Under the pieces are notes generated by a model. The model made no database searches, had not been told where the DNA came from, and worked only from the letters and a program-made list of their open reading frames with translations. This document shows positions 23,912 to 35,821 of a DNA stretch of 64,000 nt, piece by piece. Each line of letters starts with the position of its first letter. The first letter of the stretch is position 1. The stretch is from Mobula hypostoma (taxonomy: Eukaryota), in the NCBI RefSeq assembly GCF_963921235.1, contig NC_086097.1, forward strand, positions 92,630,001 through 92,694,000, written 5' to 3'. The position numbers and the translations under genes are program-made.

Positions 23912-25548
23912 CACTGCTGTGCAAAAGTCACATATACTAGCTAGGGTGTCTGAAACTTCTTCACAGTACTGCTGGAATTTTATGTATTGCACTGTACTGC
24001 TGCCACAAAAAAAATGATGACATATGTTCATGATGATAAACCTGATTCTGATATGGGTCTCTACTGTGGACTGAGAGTGGGAAGAGAGCAGGGAGAGGCA
24101 AATCATGGTTGGGGAAAGAGGAAGGCATAAGGGAGGGAGCGAAAAGGACCGAAGAGACATTCTGTAATGATCAATAAACAATTGTTTGGAATGAGGTGAC
24201 CTTGGCTGGTGTCTCAGGGCTGGGTGTGTCTACATTCATGTCATCCCCCACCCCGGCATAACCATATAACAATTACAGCATGGAAACAGGCCATCTCGGC
24301 CCTTCTAGTCCGTGCCGAACTCTTACCCTATCCTAGTCCCACCGACCTGCACTCAGCCCATAACCCTCCATTCCTTTCCTGTCCATGTATCTATCCAATT
24401 TAACTTTAAATGACAACATAGAACCTGCCTCAACCACTTCTGCTGGAAGCTCGTTCCACACAGCTACCACTCTCTGAGTAAAGAAGTTCCCCCTCATGTT
24501 ACCTCTAAACTTTTGTTCTCTAACTCTCAACCCATGTCCTCTTGTTTGAATCTTCCCCACTCTCAATGGAAAAAGTCTAACCACGTCAACTCTATCTATC
24601 CCCCTCATAATTTTAAACACCTCTATCAAGTCCCCCGTCAACCTTCTACACTCCAAAGAATAAAGACCTAACTTGTTCAACCTTTCTCTGTAACTTAGGA
24701 GATGAAACCCAGGCAACATTTTAGTAAACCTCATCTGTACTCTCTCAATTTTATTGACATCTTTCCTATAATTCAGTGACCAGAACTATACACAATACTC
24801 CAGATTTGGCTTTACCAATGCCTTATACAAATTCAACATTACATCCCAACTCCTATACTCAATGCCCTGATTAATAAAGGCCAGCAAACCAAAAGTTTTC
24901 TTCACCACCCTATCCACATGAGATTCCATCTTCAGAGAACTATGCACCATTATTCCTAGATTCCTCTGTTCTACAGCATTCTTTAATGCCCTACCATTTA
25001 CCAAGTATGTCCTATTTTGATTAGTTCTACCAAAATGTAGCACCTCACATTTTTCAGCATTAAACTCCATCTGCCATCTTGCAGCCCACTCTTCTAACTG
25101 TCCTAAATCTCTCTGCAAGTTTTGAAAACCTACCTCATCATCTACGACTCCACCTATCTTAGTATCATCTGCATACTTACTAATCCAATTTACCACTCCA
25201 TCATCCAGATCATTAATATATATGACAAACAACATTGGACCCAGTACAGATCCCTGAGGCACACCGCTACACACCGTCCTCCAATCTGACACACAGTTAT
25301 CCACCACTACTCTCTGGCATCTCCCATCTAGCTATCTACTTCCATATTAATGCCTAACGATTGAACCTTCCTAACTAACCTTCCGTGTGGAACTTCGTCA
25401 AAGGCCTCACTGAAGTCCATATAGACAACATCCACCATTTTACCCTCAAAACTTTCTTAGTAACCTCATCAAAAAATTCAGTAAGATTTGTCAAACATGA
25501 CCTTCCACGCACAAATCCATATGTGCCTAAGACTCTTGCATAGTACTG
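23912..25548. mobile_element. Composite MITE-flanked element, copy 1 (split by a CR1 insertion)
   Basis: Left cassette 23912-23971, cargo 23972-24260 colinear with 48230-48460, and right terminus catatgtgcctaagactcttgcatagtactg at 25518-25548. Flanked by TA on both sides. Confidence 0.8.
24261..25517 (-). mobile_element. 5'-truncated CR1 LINE
   Basis: Minus-strand ORFs VPQGSVLGP..YINDLD..KYADDTK and RRLTGDLIEVFKIMRG...FFTQRVV..WNELP. Confidence 0.92.
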
Positions 25549-25549
25549 T

Positions 25550-25995
25550 ATTTTCAGGGAGCTATGGACTTGCACCCCAGGATCTCTCTGCACATCAATG
25601 CTCCTAAGGGTTCTGCCATGTATTGTGTACTTTCCTCTTGCAATCGACTCTCAAAGTGCAACACCTCACACTTGTCCAGATTAAATTCTTTCTATTTCTC
25701 TGCTCAAATTTTCAAATGGTTTACATCTTGTACCTTTTGACAACCTTCCTCATAATACTCAACATCACCACTTCTTGTGCTGTCTGCAAACTTACTAATC
25801 AGCCAATCAACATTTTCATCCAAGTCATTAATAGACTTCATAAACAATGGAGGCCCCAGCATTAATCACAGTGGAACACCTCTGGCTACAGACTTCCAGT
25901 CGGAATACACCTCTTCCCCACTAACCTCTGAATTCTACAGTCAGGTCAAATCTGAATCCTGTCTACCAAATGACCATGGATCTCATGCAAGATGA
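25550..25995 (-). mobile_element. Old CR1 fragment
   Basis: Degenerate RT region on the minus strand (plus strand tctgcaaacttactaatc, catccaagtcatta). Confidence 0.65.
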
Positions 25996-26479
25996 TTTTA
26001 TGGCGATTTAATTGAAGAATAGCACCTAATATCAGCAAGAAAATGCAAATATACACTCATTCCAATTTGTCTGAATGATTTGCCTGTGGCTTCCAAACAG
26101 CATTAAAATTATGGCGGTGGTGGTGCATCATGCCACTTGTGCACTGAATGAAACCCCTCCAAATCATTTCACACAAACTCAGAGCTACTGCGAGAAGACT
26201 TCTATCTCTGGACTGTATTGAAACCAGTGTCCAACCCACTGTGTTGTGCTGTGCTGGCAAGTCAATCCAATCCCTAACAGTGGTAACACAATGTTAAGCC
26301 ATCATTGGTTGTACTGCCAACTTTCTCTACTCATTTTGGACCGCACCCAGGATGCAAAATGCAGAAATTGTTGGAAATAATCAGGTCAGGCAGCATCTGT
26401 GGAAAGCAAAGCCATTAAGGTTTCAAGTCCAGGATCCTTTGTCAGTTCTGACACGGGAACCAACCTGAAATATTAAACA

Positions 26480-28180
26480 TTAAAGAGAATTGTGGACACA
26501 GCTCAGACTCCCCTCTACGAGCTCTGTCTATACATCTCACTGCCTCAGTAGGGCAGCGGCATAATCAAAGACCCCGCCCACCCTGGACTTACTCTCTTCT
26601 CCCCTCTCTCATCAGGCAGAAGCCTGAGAACACATTACATAGAAACATAGAAAATAGGTGCAGGAGTAGGCCATTCGGCCCTTCGAGCCTGCACCGCCAT
26701 TCGGTATGATCATGGCTGATCATCCAACTCAGAACCCTGTACCTGCCTTCTCTCCATACCCCCTGATCCCTTTAGCCACAAGGGCCATATCTAACTCCCT
26801 CTTAAATATACCCAATGAACTGGCCTCAACTGTTTCCTGTGGCAGAGAATTCCACAGATTCACCACCCTCTGTGTGAAAAAGTTTTTCCTCATCTCGGTC
26901 CTAAAAGGCTTCCCCTTTATCCTTAAACTGTGACCCCGCGTTCTGGACTTCCCCAACATTGGGAACAATCTTCCTGCATCTAGCCCATCCAATCCCTTTA
27001 GAATTTTATACGTTTCAATAAGATCCCCCCTCAATCTTCTAAATTCCAGCGAGTATAAGCCTAGTCGATCCAGTCTTTCCTCATATGAAAGTCCTGCCAT
27101 TCCAGGAATCAATCTGGTGAACCTTCTTTGTACTCTCTCTATGGCAAGGATGTCTTTCCTCAGATTAGGGGACCAAAACTGCACACAATACTCCAGGTGT
27201 GGTCTCACCAAGGCCTTGTACAACTGCAGTGGAACCTCCCTGCTCCTGTACTTGAATCCTCTTGCTATGAATGCCAGCATACCATTCGCCTTTTTCACCG
27301 CCTGCTGTACCTGCATGCCCACTTTCAATGACCGGTGTACAGTGACACCCAGGTCTCGTTGCACCTCCCCTTTTCCTAATCGGCCACCATTCAGATAATA
27401 ATCTGTTTTCCTGTTCTTGCCACCAAAGTGGATAACCTCACATTTATCCACATTAAGTTGCATCTGCCATGAATTTGCCCACTCACCTAACCTATCCAAG
27501 TCACCCTGCATCCTCTTAGCATCCTCCTCACAGCTAACACTGCCGCCCAGCTTCGTGTCATCCGCAAACTTGGAGATGCTGCATTTAATTCCCTCATCCA
27601 AGTCATTAATATATATTGTAAACAACTGGGGTCCTAGCACTGAGCCTTGCGGCACCAAACTAGTCACTGCCTGCCATTCTGAAAAGGTCCCGTTTATTCC
27701 CACTCTTTGCTTCCTGTCTGCCAACCAATTCTCTATCCACATCAATACCTTACCCCCAATACCGTGTGCTTTAAGTTTGCACACTAATCTCCTGTGTGGG
27801 ACCTTGTCAAAAGCCTTTTGAAAATCCAAATATACCACATCCACTGGTTCTCCCCTATCCACTCTACTAGTTACATCCTCAAAAAATTCTATAATTACCC
27901 CTTGATCAAGGACTGCTTCTATCCCACAGTTATCAGACATCTGAATGGACCTCTTGTACGATAAGATGTATCTCACAATCTATCACGGTATACTCTTACA
28001 TTTTATTGTTTCCCTGCACTGCACTTTCTCTGTAGCTTTTACACTTTATTCTGCATTGTTATTGTTTTACCTTGTTCTACCTCAATGCACAGTGCTTTGA
28101 TCTTTATGAGCAGTATGCTTGACAAGCTTTTCACAATATCTTGGTACATGTGACAATAATAAAAGCTAATACTAATATCA
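26480..28180 (+). mobile_element. Rex1/Babar 3' fragment split by a CR1
   Basis: 26480-26638 joins 27894-28180 (…agcctgagaacacattac|attacc…tcaaggactgcttctatccc…gtacatgtgacaataataaa), colinear with the copy at 49735-50240. Confidence 0.75.
26639..27893 (-). mobile_element. Young 5'-truncated CR1 LINE with uninterrupted RT and C-terminal frame
   Basis: ORF 26729-27976: YLDFQKAFDKVPH, PQGSVLGP, FADDTKLGG, LVRPHLEYC. Tail (ttctatgt)n on the minus strand. Possible 5-bp TSD attac. Confidence 0.95.
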
Positions 28181-28654
28181 GTAACACTATTTCCCTTTCC
28201 AGCAATGCTGCCTGACCTGCTGAATGATCCCAACATTTTCTGCTTTTATTTCAGATTTCCAGCACCTGCATTTTGTTTTATTTTATTTGACTGAGGAACA
28301 AATTATAGCCCAGTGAGGAGCCCACTGAAGATAAAAAAAGTATTTGTCACTTGTATATCGAAACATACAGTGAAATGTGTCATCTGCACCAAATCATATC
28401 AGTGAGGATTGTGCTGGCCGCCAACATAGCATGTCCAAAACCCACTAACCCTAACTTATGTCCTTGGACTGTGGGAAGAAACCAGAGTGCCCAAAGGAAA
28501 CACACACAATCACGGACAGAACGTACGAACTCCTTACGGGCAGCAGTGAGAATCAAAACCTGATCTTATATTTGGCACTATATAGTGTTGCACTAACCAT
28601 TACGCTAACATGCCACACCCCCGACATTGAAATTGGTGTGAAGGCATCATATAC

Positions 28655-29444
28655 CTGCTTCAGTGGCACCCCCAGTGCCCGCAACACGTTAACGTGCTCC
28701 CCAAAAACAGCCTGGCGCAGTTGGACATCAAACTTCCTCTGCAGAGGCAGCAAGAGAAAGCAGCCAAAAAGCGGGTCACCAAACGAGACGCTCTCAAACT
28801 GTTCAAGAAGGCTTATGTACAGGTCATGAAAGGAGGCCAGCCCTGGGAGGGTAGCACTGAGGTCCAGCGAGTCCAGCCTCTTCTGCTGACAGTAGATGAT
28901 CAGGAGGGCGGATAGGTAGTCACGGATCGCCAGCTCCAGAAACAGGTTGCTGCCCGTGAGGAAGACACAGCAGAGTCGCACCAGCTTGGCAGCCAGAGGC
29001 AGTCCCTGCAATATGCCACCTCGCCAGGTCTCCAGCAATAGCACGCACTGGAGACTGCTGCTCACCATCTCTACCAGGTTCTCGGGAAGACAATCCACCA
29101 TCTTGCCCTTCGTTTCCTCACGGTTCACACGGTCATACAAGTTGATCAGGGGCAGGAAGGCCCAATCAGATGGCAGGAGAGGACCGGCCATTTCCGGTAG
29201 TAGCACAGATTGGACCAGGTGGGTCCGGCCTGCGTAGGAGTGCTGGGACCGCAAGACAGAAGCCTGGAGGTGAGCAAAGTGAGAGAGGTAATGGGCACGG
29301 ATGGTGGGGAGCTGGTTAAAGGCTTTGCACAGCAGCGTGCCACGGGTTGGGCTTGCACAAGTTCTCTCGGCAGCGTCCCCGTGGCATCCGAGCCTCAGGA
29401 TGTTCGAAAGGTCTTCTGCTTCAGGGCCACCGGATGTGCCTTCC
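28655..29444 (-). CDS. RPAP1: RPAP1 large coding exon (790 nt, phase 2-0)
   Basis: EGTSGGPEAEDLS...PLLPSDWAFLPLINLY...LPGLASFHDLYISLLEQFESVSFGDPLFGCFLLLPLQRKFDVQLRQAVFGEHVNVLRALGVPLKQ. Acceptor gcattcacag|, donor |gtatat. Confidence 0.97.
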
Positions 29445-29594
29445 CTGTGAATGCAAAGAAACAAACCGCTGACAAACCGAACTGCCCACTCTTAATGCTA
29501 GTGTCCTATACAGCTAACACAGGCTGTGACAGGAAACATTCTACACACAGCAATACACCCAAAACTTAGCAGGTCTGTGGAGATGAATAATCCT

Positions 29595-30580
29595 GATTCT
29601 GATTCTAACACAGAACATTACAGCACAGTACAGGCCCTTTAGCCAACAATGTTGTGCCGACCTTTTAACCTACTCTAAGATCAATCTAACCCTTCCCTCC
29701 CACATTGCCTCCATTTTCCATTATCCGTGTGCCTACCTAAGAGTTTCCTAAGTGTTTCTGATGTACTTGTTTTACCGCCACTCCTGGCAGTGCATTTCAT
29801 GCACCCAACACTATGCACATAAAACTTACCTCTAACATTCACCCTACACTTCCTTCCATCACCATAAAATTATGGCCCATTGTATTAGCCATTTCCACTC
29901 TGGGAATAAGTCTCTGGTTCTCCACTTTGTCTATGTCTCTTATCATCTTGTACACCTCTATCAAGTCACCCCTCTGATCCTGCTTCTCTCCAGAGAGAAG
30001 AGCTCTAGTTCACTCAACCCAACTTCATAAAAAATGCCCAGGCAGCATCCGGGTAAATCTCATCTCTAAAGCTTTCTTCCTATAATGATGTGACCAGAAA
30101 TGAACACAACATTGTGGTCTAACCAGGGTTTTACTGAGCTGTAACATTATCTCAGGGCCTTTGAACTCACTCCCTAAACTAATGAAGGCCAACACATGAT
30201 ACGCCTTAATAAACCTATCAACTTGCAGGGCAACTTTGAAGGGTTTATGGACACAAAGATCCCTCTGTTCTTCCACACTGCCAAGAATCCCTTCTTTAAC
30301 CCTGTATTCTGGTTTCAAATATAACCTTCAAAAGTAAACCACTTCACACTTTTCCAGGTTGAACTCCATCTGCCACTTCTCAGCCCAGCTCTGCATCCTG
30401 TCAACATCCCACTAAAACCAACAATTCCTGATACTATCCAAAACTCCTCCAACCTTCATATCATCTGCAAACTTACTAACACACCCTCCACTTCCTCATC
30501 TAAGTAATTTATTAAAAAAAACACAAACAGTGGGAGTCCTAAAACAGATCCTTACAGAACACCACTGGTCACCCACCTCA
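29595..30580 (-). mobile_element. Degenerate CR1 3' portion
   Basis: ORF 30025-30318 ILGSVEEQRDL...LVRP, plus a CR1 3' UTR near 29610-29700. Confidence 0.85.
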
Positions 30581-30650
30581 TGTTTGAACACCTAGCCCAA
30601 GTTCAGAAGCTGAAGAGAAATTACTGACCACTTTGTGTTGCTGTACTCAC

Positions 30651-30793
30651 GGTATCAAAGCCTGGTTAAAGGCCATCCCGGAGAGGAGGTCGTAGGCCAA
30701 GAACTCACTTCCTGGCAGCAGCCGGCTCAGCAACATCAGGGCAACGTAGTGATACAGTGGAGCCTGCTGGGCAACTTGAGGACTGACAGCAAC
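30651..30793 (-). CDS. RPAP1: RPAP1 coding exon (143 nt, phase 0-2)
   Basis: Hand translation VAVSPQVAQQAPLYHYVALMLLSRLLPGSEFLAYDLLSGMAFNQALI(P) (LLSRLLPGSE motif). Acceptor cgatttcag|, donor |gtgagt. Confidence 0.95.
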
Positions 30794-31129
30794 CTGAAAT
30801 CGATAAATAGCATAAGAATTTTATTTTCTGATTGATTCTTATCATTGTTATTGAAAGTAGGAGAGATAATGGGTAAAGGGAACTAGAGCACTGAACAGTC
30901 TGGGGACATGAGTCCAGGCAATCCATGATTAAGAAAATGACAGGCAATGGGAGCCAGGCAAACATGGCACTCACCGAGTACTGAAACTACAGCGTACATA
31001 TCATGGGCTCTGGTCCCTGCTTGGGGGTGGGAGGAGGGCAATCAAAACACTAGTTCCTGTACAGCAAACAAGCCCCGTATCTGCAGCACCAGCCAAGCGG
31101 TGGACTTCCTACTGAAGAATGCCACTTAC

Positions 31130-31276
31130 CGTCTTGGATGCCAGCTTAAGCACAGAATGCTGGAGGTGGAACTCGTGCCGCAGCAACCAGGCAGACCTGT
31201 GGTTTATTGGCGGGCTCCCCTTACAGCTGTGCACCAAGTAATCCCTCAAACCTTCGCTGTGCAGGATGGCCGAGCA
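31130..31276 (-). CDS. RPAP1: RPAP1 coding exon (147 nt, phase 0-0)
   Basis: Hand translation CSAILHSEGLRDYLVHSCKGSPPINHRSAWLLRHEFHLQHSVLKLASKT (SAW.LRHE.HLQ motif). Acceptor ctgtttgtag|, donor |gtaagt. Confidence 0.95.
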
Positions 31277-31611
31277 CTACAAACAGAGCAGGCAAAGGAA
31301 ACAGGTGAACGTTGGTGTCAGGAACAAAGCTTGTCACTGCCTGTCAGGGCGCTCCACAAGAAGAGGGAGCTGTGAATCCCACTGAAACTGAGAACAGTCA
31401 GGCCCTTCTGCCCACTATATCAGTGCCAACCTAACTCACTCCATCTACCTGCACATAGTGCACATGTCTGTTCATGTGCCTCTTGAAAGTTACCATACCA
31501 CCTCCCTGGCAGCACTTTCTATACACCCTCCACTCTCAGTATAATATATGCCCCACACATCTCTTTTAAACCTTCCCCCTTTCACCTTAAAGCTATGCCC
31601 TTCTAGTATTG

Positions 31612-31890
31612 GGCACTCAGGTTGGGCACAGGAGTACATTCAGCCAGAGACTCATTCCACCGAGATGCAACAGAGAGCGTCATAGGAAGTCATTCCTGCC
31701 TGTGGCCATCAAACTTTACAACTCCTCCCTTGGAGGGTCAGACACCCTGAGCCAATAGGCTGGTCCTGGACTTATTTCCTGGCATAATTTACATATTACT
31801 ATTTATGTTTTTATTACTATTTAATTATTTATGGTGCAACTGTAGCAAAAACCAATTTCCCCCGGGATCCATAAAGTATGACTATGACTA
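31612..31890 (+). mobile_element. Rex1 3' end nested in an old CR1; second copy on the minus strand at about 39090-39240
   Basis: aggaagtcattcctgcctgtggccatcaaactttacaac...aatttcccccgggatccataaagtatgactatgact. The reverse complement of this tail occurs at 39090-39240. Confidence 0.75.
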
Positions 31891-32828
31891 TTTGACATTA
31901 CCACCCGAGGAAAAAGACTGCTAATGCCTCTCATAATTGTATAAAATTCTATCCAGTTGCTCCTCAGTCTCCAACATTCCAGAGCAGAAAATACAAGTTT
32001 GTTCAACCTTTCGCAGCAAACTGTTTCCTTAATTCCCGATACCGTTCGTGTTTCCTAATTCTTTTGCTAACATCTAAGGTTCTGGCCTCTTATCCTGGAA
32101 TCCTTGCTCAACTTTTGAGGACAGGGAAGAATCCACGGGAACAGGATTAGGCCCTTAAACTTCCTTCTGCCATTTGGTGAGATGGAGGCAAATCTATGGG
32201 CTAACTCCAAACACTCATTTTTTCCTTTAATAACCTAGCTAAAGAAAAAGATACAATAAATCTGCTCGGATGTGGAAGGAGAAAAAGAGTTGTCTACAGA
32301 CCAATTTCAATTACTGTATTGATGATACCATTGTACAGAGGGGAGATCTGTCACATGTTGCCTCTTGATGCAAGTGCAATTAGTCACATTCACTAATAAG
32401 TGATACTTACTGATTAAGCATAGTAAATTTAGAATCAAAACTGAACTGTCAATAGATACAAAGATTTGAAGGACAAATTGTGAGAAAAGCAGGTATACAG
32501 TGGTCTGATAACTCAGGGTCAGGTCAACACATCACACTGGTGAGGCCCAATACATCAAATCTTCTTTAGCAGACCTTTGGCTTGGCAGCTAAACACAGGG
32601 CAGAGAATGACTCAATCCATTATTTGTTGTGACAGTTTAGCTTCATTAGATGAGGCATTGAGTTCAAGAGTCAGGAAAATGTGTTTCATCTTTTTATAAC
32701 TCTGGTTAGGCCGCATGTGGAATGTTGAATTCAATTCTAGCTGACCCACTCTAGGAAGGATGTGGAGGCTTTGAGGAAAGTGCAAAAGAGATTTACTGGG
32801 GTGCTGCCTGGATTAGAGGACATGTGGT

Positions 32829-33503
32829 ATAAATTCCTTGGTGTCCACATTTCCGAGGATCTCACCTGGTCCCTGAACTCTTCCATCTTGATCAAAAAGG
32901 CACAACAGTGCTTTTATTTCCTGCGGAGCATCAAGAAAGCTCACCTCTGTCCCAGGATACTGACGGACTTTTACCGCTGTACCATTGAGAGCATACTCAC
33001 CAACTGCATCTGAGTGTGGTATGGCAATTGTCCCGTATCAGACCGCAAAGCACTCCAGCGTATGGTGAAAACTGCCCAGCGGATTATCGGCACCCAATTG
33101 CCCACCATTGAGAACATCTACCATAAACGCTGCCTGGGCAGGGCGAGAAGCACTATCAAGGATGCATCTCATCCTAACCCCCTAACCATGGACTTTTTAC
33201 TCTCCTCCCATCTGGTAGGCACTATAGGAGCCTCCGCTCCCGCACCATCAGGCTCAGAAAGAGCTTCTTCCCTGAGGCTGTGACCCTGCTGAACCTCTCA
33301 TCACAGCGCTAAGCAGTATTGCACCCATATTGTACTGTCTCAGTACTTTTATATTTGTGTGCTGTAGCACTTACTTTTTATTCACAGTTATTTTGTAAAT
33401 AACACTATGCTTTGCATTTCTGGTCAGATGCTAACTGCATTTCATTGGCTTTGTATCTGTACTCGGCACATTGATAATAAAGTTGAATCTAATCTAATCT
33501 AAT
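32829..33503 (+). mobile_element. Rex1/Babar 3' fragment inserted in a CR1 (about 32620-34870)
   Basis: YKFLGVHISEDLTWS, FYRCTIESILTNCI, WYGNC...DRKALQR, followed by AATAAA and a (TAATC)n tail. CR1 sequence resumes as agggagaggttagac. Confidence 0.9.
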
Positions 33504-33702
33504 AGGGAGAGGTTAGACAAACTTATTTTTTCCCCCTGTAGAGTGGTGGAGGCTGAGGGTCGACCTGACAGAAATGCATAAAACGTTAAGAAGCAGAGAC
33601 AGACTAGACAACCAGAATCTTTCATCGCAGGGTCGAAATATCTAATACTAGAAGGCATGCAATTAAGGTGAGAGGGAGTAAGTTCAAAGGATCAGACTTA
33701 AT

Positions 33703-34146
33703 TGTTATTTTCTTTGCAATTTAACAATTAATTGCCTGCTTGTATTTTATATGACTACTTATATACGTGTAACTGTTTAGCATGTTTCCTATTGGGCACT
33801 CAGTTGTTCAGTGTGCCCCCTAGTGGTTACATTTGTATGATTTTGGGTAGTTCTGGAATCTTCTCTGGTGCAGCATTATCTGAATAGGGGTTACAAACTG
33901 ACTGACTCCTATCTGTGAATTTGAATAGAATGTTCTTCTTTTATGGAGTATAATGAGCCGACCACGAGGCTGTGCCATCATGTTCCTTTTGCTTCTTCTA
34001 TCTCTTCTGCTACTAGCTTCTATCACTGCCCGTTTTCCAACTCTCTCTGTGCGATTAATGCTTAATAAAACAATCTGAAGCAACAAGTTTTGGGCCTCTA
34101 TCCTGACTTCTGAAAGGACCTTGGATTAAAACATCAGACTCCAACA
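33703..34146 (+). mobile_element. Putative solo LTR
   Basis: TGTT...AACA ends, TATA-like gtataat at 33948, pyrimidine-rich segment, AATAAA at 34064. Interrupts a CR1 tail. No clean TSD. Confidence 0.5.
33813..33826 (-). promoter_or_regulatory. CTCF consensus-like site
   Basis: Minus strand CCACTAGGGGGCAC matches the CTCF core CCACYAGRKGGCR. Sequence match only. Confidence 0.55.
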
Positions 34147-35245
34147 ATATGTAGGGCTGGATTATGCTGCCAGGAGTAATAGTGGAGACGAATACAAATA
34201 AAAAAAATTCTACAGATCTGGCTCATTGGTGAGACTGGCAACTGGGAAGCTGCATGGCCTTGCTTGTTGTGCAAGCTGGGTCCTCGTGCTGCAGGGGGGA
34301 CATGCCAGAGGTGCAACGGGAGAGAACAGAGGCACTGGAATCTGTACTGGGTTGGGGACTGGCCCTTGCCAGCTGGCTCTCCCGTCATAGCTGCTCCCCG
34401 GGTTCCTTCCCTGGAAGACAATTTGGATTGCCCTCATCTGCAGCTGCCCCAGTGCAGCATGGAGAACAGCTGCATGCTCGTTCTTGCAAAAACGTGGCTC
34501 CAGGACAACATCCCAAGCACCATCAACCTTCAGGCCTTGCTACTCAGGGACTTGTGCTAATACTATTTTGTGATAGTTTGTGCTATCATAATTATATGTG
34601 CCATGTGCTGTGTGTGACATATGCACTGTGTTTTGTACCTTGGCCCCAGAGGAACGCTGTTTCATCTAGTTTTATGAAATGTGTATGGTTGAATGACAAT
34701 TGAATTTGGAGTATGGTAGAGGCATTTAAGTAGCACGTGAATATGCAGAGAACAGAGGGTTATGCACATTGTGTAGACAAGAGAGATTAGTTTACTTAGG
34801 CATTTAATTAGTTTGGCACAATATCATGGGCGGAAAGAACTGCTCCTGTGCTGTACTGTTTTATGTTCTGAATTGGGACTCCCACTGCTAAGTTGGCAGA
34901 TTTTGCCTTTGATATTTTTGCAACTTGTTAACTGATTACCAACTCAAAGGACAACAGCTCAAATAAAAGCAGAAAATGTTGGAAACACGCAGCAGGTCCA
35001 GCAACATCTTTGGGAGGACCAGCAAATTTTACGTTTCACATAGAAGACCCTTTCTCAGACCTGTCTTCAACCTGTAATGTAAACTCTTTCTCTCCATAGA
35101 TGCTTTCTGGCCTGCTGAATGCTTCCAGCATTTTCTATTCTTGTTACTGATTTCCAGCATCTAGAGTTTGCATTTACCTAATGGATAGTGCAAATTTGCT
35201 TCCTTGCAAACTTATGCCCACTATAATTATGCCCAAGAGAAAAAC

Positions 35246-35406
35246 ACTCTGATTCACCTGAAATCACCAGAGGTCACACTGTTTTCTTTCCTGAAAAAAA
35301 ACTCTGATTCACCTGAAATCACCAGAGGTCACACTGTTTTCTTTCCTGAAAAAAAACTCTCATTCACCTCATATCACCAGAGGTCGCACTGAGTTCTTTC
35401 CTGAAA
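35246..35406. repeat. 55-bp tandem repeat, about 3 copies
   Basis: actctgattcacctgaaatcaccagaggtcacactgttttctttcctgaaaaaaa starting at 35246, 35301 and 35356. Confidence 0.95.
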
Positions 35407-35821
35407 GGTGCAGAGCTTAACCTGCCACCCTCATGATTTTAGTTGGTGTCTATAATCACCCCAAGGACCACTCTGTCAGCTACATTCCTACAGGGGGAAT
35501 TAATAGCACAAAGAGAGGAATGAAGGTAGGTTTATTGCCTTTTCCTCATGATTATTCATGTTGCTGGATAATATCGATGTCTCACGTGTTACACATCTTT
35601 GTGTCGTGATAATGATATTCAGGAAGCTAGATGTCACTGTCTATTGCAATCACTTCCTCTCTCCAATGTACACACAAGGTGCAATCAGACCATATCTGTG
35701 ATGACAGCAAGTACTACAGCCACCATAACAGGACTACAACATCAATAACTTCCATTTATATAGCACCTTAAAAAGTATTAACACCTTTAAAGGTGTCAAA
35801 GTGGTTGTTGTGATGCATCTA

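Noticed and set aside
26729..27976. 415-aa ORF as a host or domesticated RT gene
   Set aside because: It is a 5'-truncated CR1. The first roughly 28 residues are read from flanking Rex1 sequence and the RT N-terminus and endonuclease are missing.
35246..35406. CRISPR-like array
   Set aside because: Head-to-tail repeat without unique spacers, in a vertebrate intron with no cas genes.
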